DNA of 64,000 nt from the IMG/VR virus record IMGVR_UViG_3300005662_000030, positions 23,769 through 87,768 of that record. One strand, 5' to 3'. Shown here one piece after another: positions 25,301-37,655 of this stretch. The notes beneath the pieces were generated by a model. That model did no database searches. It saw nothing but the letters and a program-made list of their open reading frames with translations, and was not told the DNA's origin. The position numbers and the translations under genes are program-made. This DNA is from a virus (taxonomy: Duplodnaviria; Caudoviricetes). Every line of letters starts with the position of its first letter. The first letter of the stretch is position 1.

Positions 25301-27176
25301 TTTAGATGTATCTATTTGGTCAGAACAAAAAATAGTTAACCCATTTTTAAATAGAACTTACGTACTAAATGCAAACGATATAGATGCCATATACGATAAT
25401 GTTAATTACACTACAAAGACTATGAGTTATCCAGATAATTCAATTATGGAATCTTATGACTTAGAAAGAAATACAACTGTATTTACCAATTTCACAGCAA
25501 GAGGAAAGCTATTTGATTCGAAGTTAGACACCAGAATAAACACTGGTTGGATTAACGTTGATAAAAACGAGTACTATATCTACGCTAAACCAGTTACTCA
25601 AACTTTCTTGGGAGTACTAAAAGAGATAACTTTATCAGAAACTCCAAAACAAGGTGCTCCAGTAATAGTTTCGGTATCAGATATTGGCGCGGCAACTCCA
25701 AATGAATTTACAGAAATTGCATTCCCAGATGAATCTACTCCTAGACAATTTGGTTTTTATAATATTCAAATTCTTCAACCTAGATTTGACAATAGTTTTT
25801 ATCTAGGATATAAAGATGTATATGATCTTTCGATAACTGATGGATTAACTGGCGAAACTTTATTTACTAATTTGTCTACAGAAAATTCATATATTAAGTT
25901 AAGTACAAATACGTATCAATTTGTAAAAGATAGAGATTACTCTATAAAATATAAAGTAAAAAATTCTTATTATATAGACAACATATTAGATGGAAGTGAA
26001 TATTACTCAACTATAGTCTTCGACGCCACACCTAGTGCAACTATGAACTATAGCGTTACATACGAATCTTCAGCCTATGAGAGTTCTACACCAGTTGGTT
26101 TAAATTTTGGACAAACTTCATCACTACTGGATCAGGGATATATTACGCTTTCAACCAGATCATATCCATTTGATTATGCAAAAGTATATTTTTCTACAGG
26201 TTCTATTTTAGATGATGGAAAAGACTTTACTACGATAAGCATTGTTTCTTTAGATACTCTCGGAAATCCTAAGCCGTATCAAAGCTTTCAGCTGTCATCT
26301 TCTGGGTCTTCTTTGCTTTTTAATAGTGAAATTATAACAACCGATGAAGAAGGTTTTGCTACCACCACTGCAACTTATATTGGAGATATCTACCTAACGG
26401 ATAATACAATTATGGTATCAGTAGACGGTATTACGCAATTAGATAATCCTTTGGCAAATGCGGAAAGTGAATCTACTGGATTCTCCATAGATACGCCTAT
26501 GATGATTTTCTCGTCAAGAAAATCTACATCAGATCTAAACGCGGTAGCTAACCCAGATAGAATTAACGCTGACGGCATATCTTCGGTTGTTATATCTGGA
26601 ATATTAACTCAAGATAAAGCACCAGTTTCAGGTAAGATAGTTTACTGGAGAAAAGCTAGAAGTCTATACTCAGCATTAAACAATACCTCATATTCCACTT
26701 CTCAGTTGCCCCCATCGAGTTCTTCGACATCTGGTGCTGTAACTACTGACTCTAATGGAAAGTTTGAAATAGGACCAATAGTTTCTCAGGATAGAGCAAC
26801 ACCAGGATATTGGTTTATGGCAGTGGATTCAGAATTGTCAGCAACGGCGACTGTAAGTCCAGTTACAACTGTTGGAGATACTATATTCTGGTATGAATCA
26901 TATGATAATATAGATATTAATTATGTTCAAAATCTTAAAATTCCAGATGTTATTAATTATAATTTAGACAATTCCTTGGACTTTTATGCTACCCCAATGT
27001 TTAAAGTTAGTTACTATAACCAAGGCGTTATAGAAGTAAGCGACCCTGCTCCTAGATGGAGTCCGCCAGAATGGTTCCCTGTCGATAGATATCAACAATA
27101 TCAGTCTGGATATTTAGGGGCAACACCTTATGTGGTTTCAGATTATTCTAATTTAAATAAAGATTATGAGGATTAA
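22400..27176 (+). CDS. Large baseplate/tail structural protein (~1,591 aa) with C-terminal Ig-like segments; +1 shift at CGGA 22889-22892
   Basis: ORF 22400..22924 and ORF 22998..27176 join stop-free via the +1 frame (NVD-G-PWLLSVTT). Ser/Thr-rich; ILDDGKDFTTISI and NPDRINADGISSVVISG resemble bacterial Ig-like repeats. Confidence 0.65.
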
Positions 27177-27178
27177 TT

Positions 27179-30100
27179 GTGGAAAAATTTAATTTAAATA
27201 CTGATGGAACAGATCAAATTAAGATAAGAAAAACCACAAATCTTCCAGTTGATGATTCTTCAACGGCACTAGCTTGGTTTAATTCAAAACCAGTTACTCC
27301 AGGAAATAATATTTCTATAACAGATCTTTCTAATTTTATTCCAGAGAATTCTTATTCTTCAAATATTAACGCATCAAACGCAGTAGCTAAAAACAAACTA
27401 GCATTTGCAAATGAACTTGGTATCCTAGAAGATTCTGATGGCAATACAGTTTTTGATTCTGATGATATCAGTGTTAGTGATCTATTTTTAAATTCACCAG
27501 CTTACGATAAAAAGTATTATATTGGAGATATAAATAGATATGGTTTTGTCCATTCATTTTATGTTTCTAGATATTATACATTGTTACCTAGGGATTCTTA
27601 TTCGTTTAATGGGTTTGATGATTTCTTAGCTGAAGCTTCAGTTCCTAAATCAATTAAAGTAATTGATGAAAATGGATTAGAATACATAGATCCAGATACT
27701 GGATTGAAAAAATATAGAGTACTTATTGAACAACTAGACTTGGATATTTATTCTGAAAGAACAACTCTTCCATCTAAAATAATTGTTTTATTTGATGGTC
27801 CTTCGCCAAAAAATCTTTCACTTTCATATGACAAAGTGTCACTATCTTCAACGGAATCAATATCCACAGTAGTTCCTCAATATAAGGAAAATATTAATAC
27901 TGTAAGCATCTTTGAAAGAGTAAGTGAAGAATCTTTTGTTGTTGATAACTCATCAAGAAACAAGAAGATATATGCTAAAAAATCAATAACCACTAAAAAC
28001 AATTTAGTTAATAGTACTAATCATAAAGCTGAAGGCTTTGAGATATTTGTTCCAAAGAAAGCTTTATCAGACAATAGAACGTATGAGTCTTTTAACTGGA
28101 GATTAATTACAAAGGTTAAAAGATCAATTGATGTTTCTTCTGTTAATAATTCTGAAGAAATTGATAGTGAATCAAACCTAAGGCAAAAAGTAGTCAACTG
28201 CGCTGTACTATGTACAACTGCTCAACTTCAGTCCATGAGTGTTGATGGAAGATATGGTTCTGTTAATCCTTATGTTTTCTATAGACTAGAGCAATCGCCA
28301 TTCAACGCTTCTAAATATACTTTTGAAAATCCAAAAGCTGTCACTACTGCAGCAGGTAAAACATCTGCGCTGTATTGGTTATTAGATATAGATACAGTAA
28401 CAGATGAAGATTTGGCTCAATATGATATTTTAACTTGGACAGCAACATCTTCCATAACTATAAACCAGGGTTTAAAACTAAAGAAGTATATGCAGTCTAC
28501 TCAGGGTAGTCTTGTTTTAGATCTATCTCAAGTAAGTAGTGGGGCAGAATCCATAGATTCAAGCCTAACTGTATCTTCAGATCTTTATTCTTTGGACACA
28601 TGGACATATAATACATCAAATTTTTTCTTAGACGAAAACAAGAATAATGCATGGCCGATAACATCAAGTGTTTTTGAAAGATTAACAGTTGACAATCAAA
28701 ACTATGATGTTTATTCTATATTTGGAAGAAGTAATTTATCTAATTTAACAACTAAGAAAACGGTGAAAGAATTTAATTCAACTATTTCTGAATCAAATAT
28801 TGTTTTAAAAAATTCAAGAAGCAAACCGATATTTGTAAGTCTTGAATTTGCACAAGCCTCTGACTCTTTGTCTAGGGGAACACTGCTAGCCACCACAACA
28901 CCGATGCTTAAATACTGCAATGATCTATATCAGCCATCTTCAATCTTTGATATAGCGATCAGCAATAGCGGTTCAACATCGTTAATTGAACCAACATTTA
29001 CTACCGTAGCTTCTATAGAAGGGCCAATGAAACTTTTGTACAATGCTGTTTCGGTAGCCTTATTGAGTAGAGCTTTTTCTAAAAAAACAAAAGATATTAG
29101 ATCATCTATGTATTACCAATTGTCTAATTGGGAATCATCATACGTTATGAATGGTAACGTTTTATTGGAAGATGAAAAAAAAGAAGTGTATTCTTTAATT
29201 AGAGAAGGAAATACTAATGCGCTTGGCACATCTAAGTACGCTAGAAATCTTCTTCCTAAAAACTCTTCTATCTTAGAATTCTATAAAAAAACAATTTATG
29301 ACTTCTTAGCAGATCAGCATAGCCTTTCTATTCAAGAAATAGATTTAAACAATTTAGAATTTTATATAGAAGTTACAAATGATGATGTAGTTATAGCTAA
29401 CGCAACAAAAATTGTAAAAGATTATTCTTCTTCAGATGTGGAAGAAATACCCACTTCCTATAACTTATTTAAAATAAGCAGAGACAATATCAATTCAACA
29501 ATGTATGCGTACACCGATTCACCATCAGCTCAATTCGTTATCCCTGGTGGTTTTGGCCCTTATGTGATAAGAGAAAGATTGTATAGATCCTCAGTTAAAG
29601 AGATCAACGATAAATTGTCCAATTATATATCATCAGCAAACGTTTATAAGAATTATCCTTTTAGTTTTTCTATATTTAATTCATATAATCAATCAACAGA
29701 ATCTCCAGTAAGCTTTAACGCAAACTGGTCAGCAACAATGACCGCTGAGTATACTGCTCAACTATCTAGACAAGCAAGATATGAAGATGTTTATCCACCA
29801 GGTTCAAAACTGTTAAATGATGATGTAAATTTAACAGCTATTTTTGAAACTGGAGAAGCATTTTCCGGTGCCGATAGAATTGATGCTTATAGGCAGGGAA
29901 TAAATAATAACGATCCAGTCAATAACTTTTTGTATACTGGAGATATCCAAGCTGGAAACATTCTTGGGGCCTATGGTGTTGGTAAGCCAGGAATGCTTGT
30001 TGACTATATTAAATACATACAGATAAGCATGAGAGAAGCTGGCATTTTAGTTAATGGAACACTCCCGCAATTAACTGGTAAATATGAAACAAATACTTTT

Positions 30101-32860
30101 AATGCAGTAAAAGCTTTTCAAACTTCTGTTGGCGCAAGAACTGTTAATGGAATAGTAGATAGTGAAACTAAAGCGTTAATTGCAATAAATGTTTGGAAAG
30201 CAATAAAGAATGGAGACCCAGCGCGTTATCAGGCAATACTATCGAGACTTGCTGTAAATAATCCAGGAGTAGTAACCTATGTTAATCCAGCAGCCGACGC
30301 ATTAGAACTTGGTGATCTGCCTGGAACTGATTGGAATTACAGAAAAATAACTTCTTCTGGAGTTAGTGGCCCTACTAAATTGATAGACTCAATATTCCTA
30401 GCAGTTCCATTTAATCAAATTCCCTATAATGGAATTTCTGAACAGGATTTAAGTAATCAAGTTCTTAAGTCTGTAACAATTTATCCTGGAACATTCGCTG
30501 GTTCGCCAAGCTACAAAGGTATTGCGTTAAAACAGGCAAGAGTGTTTTCTGGGATAGATATGGCTGGACCTCAGATAATTCAAGGCGCAGCAGACTATAC
30601 TTTAAATCCAATTAAAATTGAAGTCAATAGGCCAATGTCAGAGTGTATGTTCTTTGCTTTCCAGTTTAATGGCGGTCAATTAGGTGGAAAATATGGCGCC
30701 TTCACTGAAGGTTATTCTTTAAACAAGGTTGAATTTGAAATCGCTTGGACCGTAGATAGGTACAACGCAGAAACAATAATAGAAAGTGGATATAAGCTAG
30801 ATACAACAACAGCACCAGTTATAGTTAAATACAATGTTGCTGGTTCAGTTAGTAATATATCCCCAAACAAAGCAGAGACTGTTGATCTAAATGGTGTTAA
30901 ATCTGTTAAGTACGCAACAACGCCAATATCCATAACTTACCCAACATGGTCTGGTGAAATGACATTAGATTTAACCAAGACAACAATAGATTTCAGTAAC
31001 ACAGAATACAATCCACCATTTACCCCATTTACAGATGGTGCCGATGAGCCAAGCTATAAAGATGAATCAATAACAGTAGATCTTACATCTTCAAAAACTG
31101 TCTTCATTGATACAAATAGTTTCTCTGTTTCTAGTGTTTTATCAGGAACTAATAATCCAGTAAGCAATTCTTCTATAAATATAACATCTTCTTCTAATAA
31201 GCTTATATTTGAAACGTCTTCTTTAATTTATGATAATTCAAATATTATAAAAAGCCCTGAACAATTGTTAAATAATTATTGGTTATTGAAGTCAGATGGC
31301 TCTATCATAAAGAGTAGCAAGAACACAGTTTCGGTAATTGACGGTTTAGTGCTATTAGTACAACCAAGTTTAAGTCCAGATATAGTGGGTAAACCGTATG
31401 GGATAAGCGCGCAAAACTTTGCTCAGTATCTCGTAGATGGTCAAGAGATAAATATAGATTATGGTTCATTTATTTTAACAAATAACACTACGAACAATGG
31501 TGGTTTTGTTTATGGATTTTATGATAAGAAATTAAAAGAATTTTTAGGCACTAATTTGTACTATGTTGATTGGATTAGAAGAGGTCCAGAAAACGTATTT
31601 ATAGGGGTGCTTGCACTTGACGCCGATGGCAACGTGGGTAATGGCGTTGACTTTTTTGGTCCAAAAACAAATGGAAAAATTATTCCAGCATCAATTCCAG
31701 TTAAGATGGCGTGCCCTATATACAACGTGGAATATATACCATCCTCAAGAATTTCGTTATCTTCAATACCACCAAATTTATCGAAACTAAGAGATTGGCC
31801 AATTAATGTAACGGCTGGTTCATTCACTAAAGATATATACATTGATCCAGCTTATGGTTGGACTTCTTGGGCAAAGAAGTATACGGGTAAAACCTTAAGA
31901 GCAACATATTCAACACTAAACATGGACAGCACAGTATGGACACCGTGGCTAGGAAGACCTTACATATTGATTACCGATGAGTCGCCAATAATATTTTCCT
32001 CTAAGCGTTTTCAGCTAATGCAGGTGCCTATCGCCACAATAGCCGAACCAGGGGCAACAGCATGTGGAGAGGTGATGAACTATGTTAGATTTGAAACAAG
32101 AGCAACAAAAGATTCTAACTGGCAATTAGTTGAGTCATCACTAATAAGAAATATCAACTGCCAAACAGGAGTTGTTGACACGGTTAAGGCACTTACTGAT
32201 GATCCAGATCTGATAAGAGTTAGCTACATAGCTAAATCTTCTGGAATACCAATTAAACAAATAGATGGAAGAATTATTCCAGTTAATCCTTTCTTAAATA
32301 GAGATTTAGTTGAACCAGAAAAAGCATTACATATATATATAAGACCTTCTAGAATAGAAGTTAGAAGCTCCAGTAAAGATGGTTATTTGTGGGATTTTGT
32401 AAATGACTATAACTATGGTTCTGTAATTGATTTTACTTACGATACTTCAATATTTGATCCATACAACAGTACTCAGTACGATCCATTCTCATTACAGATT
32501 GGATTAATTCACACTCTTAGTTCAGTTAATATAAAAGATCTTTCTCTACAAGATTTAAGAATAAAAGGTGGAGGAATAAAAGCTACATTGGGTAAGACGG
32601 TTGATGTCCAATCATATGGTTCTTTAGATATTAATAAAGTATTTAAAGATGTTCCAGAAGCTTCTTCTTTCTGGGATGTTTATCCGCCAGAGCAACAAGC
32701 ATACCCAAGAGGTGGTTTTGTTATTATCAAACTTCCAAAAGAAGTATTAAATAATTTTAGGACTGAAGCTGAACTTTATAGTATAATAAGTAAGAATATA
32801 ACAGCTGGTGTTGTTTACAAGATTCAAGATATGGAAGGGAATGATTGGGGTGTATTATAA
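27179..32860 (+). CDS. Large virion structural protein (1,893 aa) with an internal peptidoglycan-binding domain
   Basis: VDYIKYIQISMREAG...LTGKYETNTFNAVKAFQTSVG...NGIVDSET near 30.0-30.2 kb fits the PG_binding_1 pattern. Confidence 0.65.
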   Translation: MEKFNLNTDGTDQIKIRKTTNLPVDDSSTALAWFNSKPVTPGNNISITDLSNFIPENSYSSNINASNAVAKNKLAFANELGILEDSDGNTVFDSDDISVSDLFLNSPAYDKKYYIGDINRYGFVHSFYVSRYYTLLPRDSYSFNGFDDFLAEASVPKSIKVIDENGLEYIDPDTGLKKYRVLIEQLDLDIYSERTTLPSKIIVLFDGPSPKNLSLSYDKVSLSSTESISTVVPQYKENINTVSIFERVSEESFVVDNSSRNKKIYAKKSITTKNNLVNSTNHKAEGFEIFVPKKALSDNRTYESFNWRLITKVKRSIDVSSVNNSEEIDSESNLRQKVVNCAVLCTTAQLQSMSVDGRYGSVNPYVFYRLEQSPFNASKYTFENPKAVTTAAGKTSALYWLLDIDTVTDEDLAQYDILTWTATSSITINQGLKLKKYMQSTQGSLVLDLSQVSSGAESIDSSLTVSSDLYSLDTWTYNTSNFFLDENKNNAWPITSSVFERLTVDNQNYDVYSIFGRSNLSNLTTKKTVKEFNSTISESNIVLKNSRSKPIFVSLEFAQASDSLSRGTLLATTTPMLKYCNDLYQPSSIFDIAISNSGSTSLIEPTFTTVASIEGPMKLLYNAVSVALLSRAFSKKTKDIRSSMYYQLSNWESSYVMNGNVLLEDEKKEVYSLIREGNTNALGTSKYARNLLPKNSSILEFYKKTIYDFLADQHSLSIQEIDLNNLEFYIEVTNDDVVIANATKIVKDYSSSDVEEIPTSYNLFKISRDNINSTMYAYTDSPSAQFVIPGGFGPYVIRERLYRSSVKEINDKLSNYISSANVYKNYPFSFSIFNSYNQSTESPVSFNANWSATMTAEYTAQLSRQARYEDVYPPGSKLLNDDVNLTAIFETGEAFSGADRIDAYRQGINNNDPVNNFLYTGDIQAGNILGAYGVGKPGMLVDYIKYIQISMREAGILVNGTLPQLTGKYETNTFNAVKAFQTSVGARTVNGIVDSETKALIAINVWKAIKNGDPARYQAILSRLAVNNPGVVTYVNPAADALELGDLPGTDWNYRKITSSGVSGPTKLIDSIFLAVPFNQIPYNGISEQDLSNQVLKSVTIYPGTFAGSPSYKGIALKQARVFSGIDMAGPQIIQGAADYTLNPIKIEVNRPMSECMFFAFQFNGGQLGGKYGAFTEGYSLNKVEFEIAWTVDRYNAETIIESGYKLDTTTAPVIVKYNVAGSVSNISPNKAETVDLNGVKSVKYATTPISITYPTWSGEMTLDLTKTTIDFSNTEYNPPFTPFTDGADEPSYKDESITVDLTSSKTVFIDTNSFSVSSVLSGTNNPVSNSSINITSSSNKLIFETSSLIYDNSNIIKSPEQLLNNYWLLKSDGSIIKSSKNTVSVIDGLVLLVQPSLSPDIVGKPYGISAQNFAQYLVDGQEINIDYGSFILTNNTTNNGGFVYGFYDKKLKEFLGTNLYYVDWIRRGPENVFIGVLALDADGNVGNGVDFFGPKTNGKIIPASIPVKMACPIYNVEYIPSSRISLSSIPPNLSKLRDWPINVTAGSFTKDIYIDPAYGWTSWAKKYTGKTLRATYSTLNMDSTVWTPWLGRPYILITDESPIIFSSKRFQLMQVPIATIAEPGATACGEVMNYVRFETRATKDSNWQLVESSLIRNINCQTGVVDTVKALTDDPDLIRVSYIAKSSGIPIKQIDGRIIPVNPFLNRDLVEPEKALHIYIRPSRIEVRSSSKDGYLWDFVNDYNYGSVIDFTYDTSIFDPYNSTQYDPFSLQIGLIHTLSSVNIKDLSLQDLRIKGGGIKATLGKTVDVQSYGSLDINKVFKDVPEASSFWDVYPPEQQAYPRGGFVIIKLPKEVLNNFRTEAELYSIISKNITAGVVYKIQDMEGNDWGVL

Positions 32861-35493
32861 TGATTAATTTTCTTCCAGATACCATTAAAACTTTTTCTGA
32901 TAGTTCACAGCAAACCGTTGGTTCTTTAATTAAAAATATTAAAGCTGATAAATCACAAGTAGCAGAATTGGTAAAGAATCTTTCTAATTTTTCCGTTGGA
33001 GCAGATTACGCTCCAACTCTTATGAAATCAAGAGGAATTATAGAATCTGAATTTTTTGTTGATATTTTTAGAGATGTTCAACTAAGATTTGATCGATACT
33101 TTACAGCGTCAAATTCAATTAATGTTTCTTTAAATTCTATGGTTGAGATAATGTTATCTCAAATTGGTAAAATAGAAAAGAATATTTCATTTTTAGAAAA
33201 TTATGTTAATAACTATGATTTTATTTCTGGCAAAGATGACTTATATAATAGTTCGTATATAGAAAATTTTGACAATTCACTAAAGTCCAATCAATATGAA
33301 TCAGCACCAGTTTCCTATGTGGATAGGGGTGGTCCTGAGTTTGATGAAACTGGAAATGGATTTGTAGATCCTGTAGTGTCAAAATTTAAAATAGGCAGCG
33401 GTGTTGATTACATAAACGCTATAAGCTCAATAAAGTCTGTGGAATACGATAACAACTATCCTCAATACATATCATCGATGAGTGATTACAGCGTTCTATT
33501 TAATGAAAAACAATCAAACGTTTGGAACGTATCGGTTAAGTCGCCAACTATATTAACATCAATACCAGCATCATTTTCTCAATACATTGACTATGATTAT
33601 TCTTATATAGTCGGTGCTAAAACTGTAATAACAATAGATCTTATAAAAGAAATTGAAATGGATTTAATTAGGCTTAATCCAAATGAGTTTGACGGACTAC
33701 AGCTAATGCAGGTTGTGATTGAATCGGCAAACTTAGCAGAGAAGATATACTCATCAAATTCAAATGTTCCAAGTACTGGCTATCAAATGAAAAAGCTTTT
33801 AACTGCTCCAGTGCAGATAAACTCAACATTAGATATATCTTTTGCTCTGGATAAAGTTAAGAAAATAGTATTGATATTTAACCAAGGTACGTACAAAAAA
33901 AATACTGTTGGGCCTTCTCCAGATGAGATATCCGCTAGGTTAATACAGGATATTCTTAATAAGGTAAGAAAAAAGAAGAGTAACTCACATAGCAAACTTC
34001 AAGATATAGTATTGGAATATTTTAGAAAGTTTACGTCAATTGACGAAGCTAAAAAAAATACATATGCCTATACGGATTACTACACGTATAAATATCCAAT
34101 TGAAAATGTGGAAGCAAGTGGATTTTTAAATGAAAAAAATAACAGTGTTCACTTAGATCAAGGTGGTCTTCTTAATAGAAACAGCCATTTAACAAACATG
34201 GTTAAAAATATCGTATCACAAGCACTTGGTGAAAAATTCAAACTATTTAATGACTCAATGTTTATTTCTAATAATTTTAATCACAGAGGTGGTTTCCTTG
34301 GAAATATACCCAACTCTCCAAACTCACTCACCAAAAATGCAAACATGCTAGACAAGAATATTATAGGCTTAGGGGACGATGCTCTCATGCCTGGCTCAAA
34401 CATTAATTCGACTAACGTTCTTAGAACCAGAGAACAGAATATGGAAACGTATCTTTATTCTTTTTCTTTAAAGAATATTCAGTTTGGAAAAACAAGACAG
34501 ATAAAGAACTCAACAAACTCACTTAGTACAAGTAAAGCAAGTTTTATAAGTTCTAGAATTCCGATAGATGGAAATCCTTTAGGCATAAAGGGTAAAGTCA
34601 ACTTAGAAGAAGTAGCAGATAGTAAGTCTCTTCCAAATTTTGACCTAAAAGAAGCAAACTCTTACGAACTATCAGTATCCATAAAGGAGAACCCAAGTGC
34701 AGAAAACGATTGGATTCCATTAGTTTCTTACGATAGCAATGAAATAAAATCAGAATTCTTATTTGTAGATGAGATAAGTAAAACCGCAGTGTTAAGATTT
34801 TTCCCAGTTGAGAGCTCTGTAAAGGTATACTGCAACCAAAAGCTTTTGGACCAACAAAATTTTTCAATTAATAAATTTGAAAAAACAATATTGATAAACA
34901 ACTTTGACACTAAGAGTATTTATATAGCAAGTTATACTGTTGATGACACTAACTTTTCACAGAATTATATAGATGTGTCAACATTATTAACTTCAAATCC
35001 AACTTTATCAGCCTATACAAATGATAAAAATGGTGAATACTTTGAAAGAACAAGCTCAAATAATGGTGTTAAACTATTGAATCAACCATATATAGATTTG
35101 GACAAGCTTCAAAAAGCATCGTACAGCCCAAGAGGCGGTACTATTAACACAATAGAATATGCTGGGTATAACCCCGTTGCTGTTAGATTCTTAGACGGAT
35201 CATATGCTATAAACTTAACAAACTATGTTTTGGGCAATTTTGAAAAAGGAACCTTCTACGATACTCAAGATGTTTTGTTTTTCCAAAATGGAAAAAACAT
35301 TATATTTAACAAGAGTATAAATCAACCTTTTAATGTTATATACAACTATTTAAATAGTCAAGTTAGATTTAGGTTAATAGTTAGAAACAATTTTAATAAT
35401 TATTTTTCATCTGGTTCAGTTGACAATGTTATACTTAAATTTAAAACAAAAAACTCAGACCACATGGCTAACAACCTGCTAAAGTTAGGGTAA
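32860..35493 (+). CDS. Virion structural protein (~877 aa)
   Basis: ATG overlaps the previous TAA (TAATG); Asn/Ser-rich long ORF within the structural operon. Confidence 0.55.
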   Translation: MINFLPDTIKTFSDSSQQTVGSLIKNIKADKSQVAELVKNLSNFSVGADYAPTLMKSRGIIESEFFVDIFRDVQLRFDRYFTASNSINVSLNSMVEIMLSQIGKIEKNISFLENYVNNYDFISGKDDLYNSSYIENFDNSLKSNQYESAPVSYVDRGGPEFDETGNGFVDPVVSKFKIGSGVDYINAISSIKSVEYDNNYPQYISSMSDYSVLFNEKQSNVWNVSVKSPTILTSIPASFSQYIDYDYSYIVGAKTVITIDLIKEIEMDLIRLNPNEFDGLQLMQVVIESANLAEKIYSSNSNVPSTGYQMKKLLTAPVQINSTLDISFALDKVKKIVLIFNQGTYKKNTVGPSPDEISARLIQDILNKVRKKKSNSHSKLQDIVLEYFRKFTSIDEAKKNTYAYTDYYTYKYPIENVEASGFLNEKNNSVHLDQGGLLNRNSHLTNMVKNIVSQALGEKFKLFNDSMFISNNFNHRGGFLGNIPNSPNSLTKNANMLDKNIIGLGDDALMPGSNINSTNVLRTREQNMETYLYSFSLKNIQFGKTRQIKNSTNSLSTSKASFISSRIPIDGNPLGIKGKVNLEEVADSKSLPNFDLKEANSYELSVSIKENPSAENDWIPLVSYDSNEIKSEFLFVDEISKTAVLRFFPVESSVKVYCNQKLLDQQNFSINKFEKTILINNFDTKSIYIASYTVDDTNFSQNYIDVSTLLTSNPTLSAYTNDKNGEYFERTSSNNGVKLLNQPYIDLDKLQKASYSPRGGTINTIEYAGYNPVAVRFLDGSYAINLTNYVLGNFEKGTFYDTQDVLFFQNGKNIIFNKSINQPFNVIYNYLNSQVRFRLIVRNNFNNYFSSGSVDNVILKFKTKNSDHMANNLLKLG

Positions 35494-35497
35494 TTAT

Positions 35498-37655
35498 ATG
35501 GCACAACTTTCTGTAAATACAGTATTTTATGATCAACTTATAAAGAGGATTCAGTCATTTATTAAAAAATACTCTAGCAATAACTTCAGTTCTCATGAAG
35601 AAATTGCAAATGAATTTCATTCTCTTATAACTGAAATAAATAAATACTCTACAGATCCGATAGCTAAATATGAACAAGTCATCAAGGGTGAGCCGCCGTC
35701 TTCTGAAAAGTTTAACAGATTTATTTCTTCGGTCGCTGACGATTTGAACATTATTGCTAAGCAATTAGATTATCAAAGTGCTCAGTTGGTTTCTTTATAT
35801 AATTTATTCAACTCTGAAATAGAAAAAGAAAACCAATTTACTAACAGAATAAAATCAAAGATAAGAATTCTTCAAGCTTACTCAGAAGCTCCTAGTGAGG
35901 ACTTATATTATTTTGGTGACTCATTTGAAAATATGGATTTTATAGATATAGATAAAATACCAAGAAACCTTATACCTTTTATTAAAGGCGGCAATGCCAC
36001 GCTGCCAGTTGTTAACACCTCTAGCTGGAACGTCAGAACAATATCCATCGTGGAAGAATCTTCAAATGGTTTTATTGGAAATAATCATGCAGTATACGCA
36101 AAGGAAAATGTTGATACGAATTACAGGTATATGTTCCAGGATAATAATTCAGTAGGTTTGCTACAAAATGTAACTGACTCTAACCCTTTAACCTACTTTG
36201 AATATGAGGGTATTAATATCGATGAAAGTGAAAAAATAAAAAATGGAGCTAAAGATTTTGAATTTACCTATATAGCTCAAACATTGGTTGACGGAAGAAA
36301 AGTTTTATCATATAAGAATTGGTCACAAAAAGAATTAAATAAACCACTTAAGTTGACTTTAAAGTTAAAAGCAGATAAAACAAGAAAGACTAATTCTGTA
36401 ACAATTATTCCTTACTTTGGCCGGAGTAGAAGCTCCCTATTCGGAACTAAAAGTAACATCAATAACAGCTATATCAAATACTACAAATGAAATAGTTGAT
36501 CTAATAGACAATCCAGTCTATATTGGTTCTAGTTTTATTCCCCAGAAAATAGAGTCGTCAAAGAGTTATTTTTATAATAAGGCTATAATTTATTTTAATG
36601 AAATAGATACAAACGAAATAGTTGTTACCTTAGAGCAGTCAGACTACAATGATGTATTAACCCAACATATGTATTGGCAGCCTTACTCTAACTCTACGGC
36701 ACTATCATCATTGGATAACCTAACTAGATTTGATCCAGCCGCGCTTAAAGCAATAGGGTATCAAGATGTTCAGTATGACCTAGCTGACCTTGTGCCTAAT
36801 ATCCTAAGACCAAATACCTTAAAAGATCAGTCAAGCCTAACTGCAAAAAAAATAAATATAACCTATAAGGAATCTTTAAAAACTGAAAGATATCTGATCA
36901 CTTTTAAAAGATTAGACTCAAGCGCAACCCCAACTCTTAAGAAGTACTACTTTACCAATCCAGCAATTGCTTTTCAAACGCTAGCTAAGCAGCAGGAACT
37001 TGCCGCAGCCTCAGACATTAATCTAGGTTTCCAGTATGAATCGTTGGCTTCAGCTGAACAAAATAAAGAATACATTCAGGATAAAATTTCTTCTTCTCAA
37101 TGGTCTGCAAGTAATTTTATTGATTTAACAATTGAAACAATAAAATCAAATTTAGCTCCAAAATCATTAACATCTTCGGTTAGTTTAAAAAGAAAATTTG
37201 AAACATACCCAGCAAAGAAGTTCACTATAGCTCTTAGGTCAATAGATGTAAATTACAGCAACTATGCGCCGAAGGCTCAGATCATTTCAAAACCATTTAC
37301 ATTTGGTTATAACGTAAAAAATCTAACCATATCATCAGACACTAGTTTTAACTTGCAAAGTGGCAACTCTAATCAAAGTTATATAAAATATTATGTTTCA
37401 TTAGACGATGGTAAGAAGTGGATACAAATTTCTCCAATAGAAAACCCCTTTAACGGGGTTCCAGAAATACTTTCGCTTAATGAAAACATACAAAACTTTG
37501 GTCAGATAAAAGGAGTGTCCTACCTTAATGCTCCAGAAATACCAGTTGAAACAACGAGCATAAGAGTCAAAATTGAAATAGAAAAACCAAGATATGAAAA
37601 TACTACACCTGTTATTTATTCATATCAAATAGCTGGAAGAGTTGAACAAATATGA
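35498..37655 (+). CDS. Virion structural protein (~718 aa); +1 shift at CGGA 36422-36425
   Basis: ORFs 35498..36490 and 36417..37655 overlap in adjacent frames; the joined reading is IIPYFG-G-VEAPYSEL. Confidence 0.6.
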
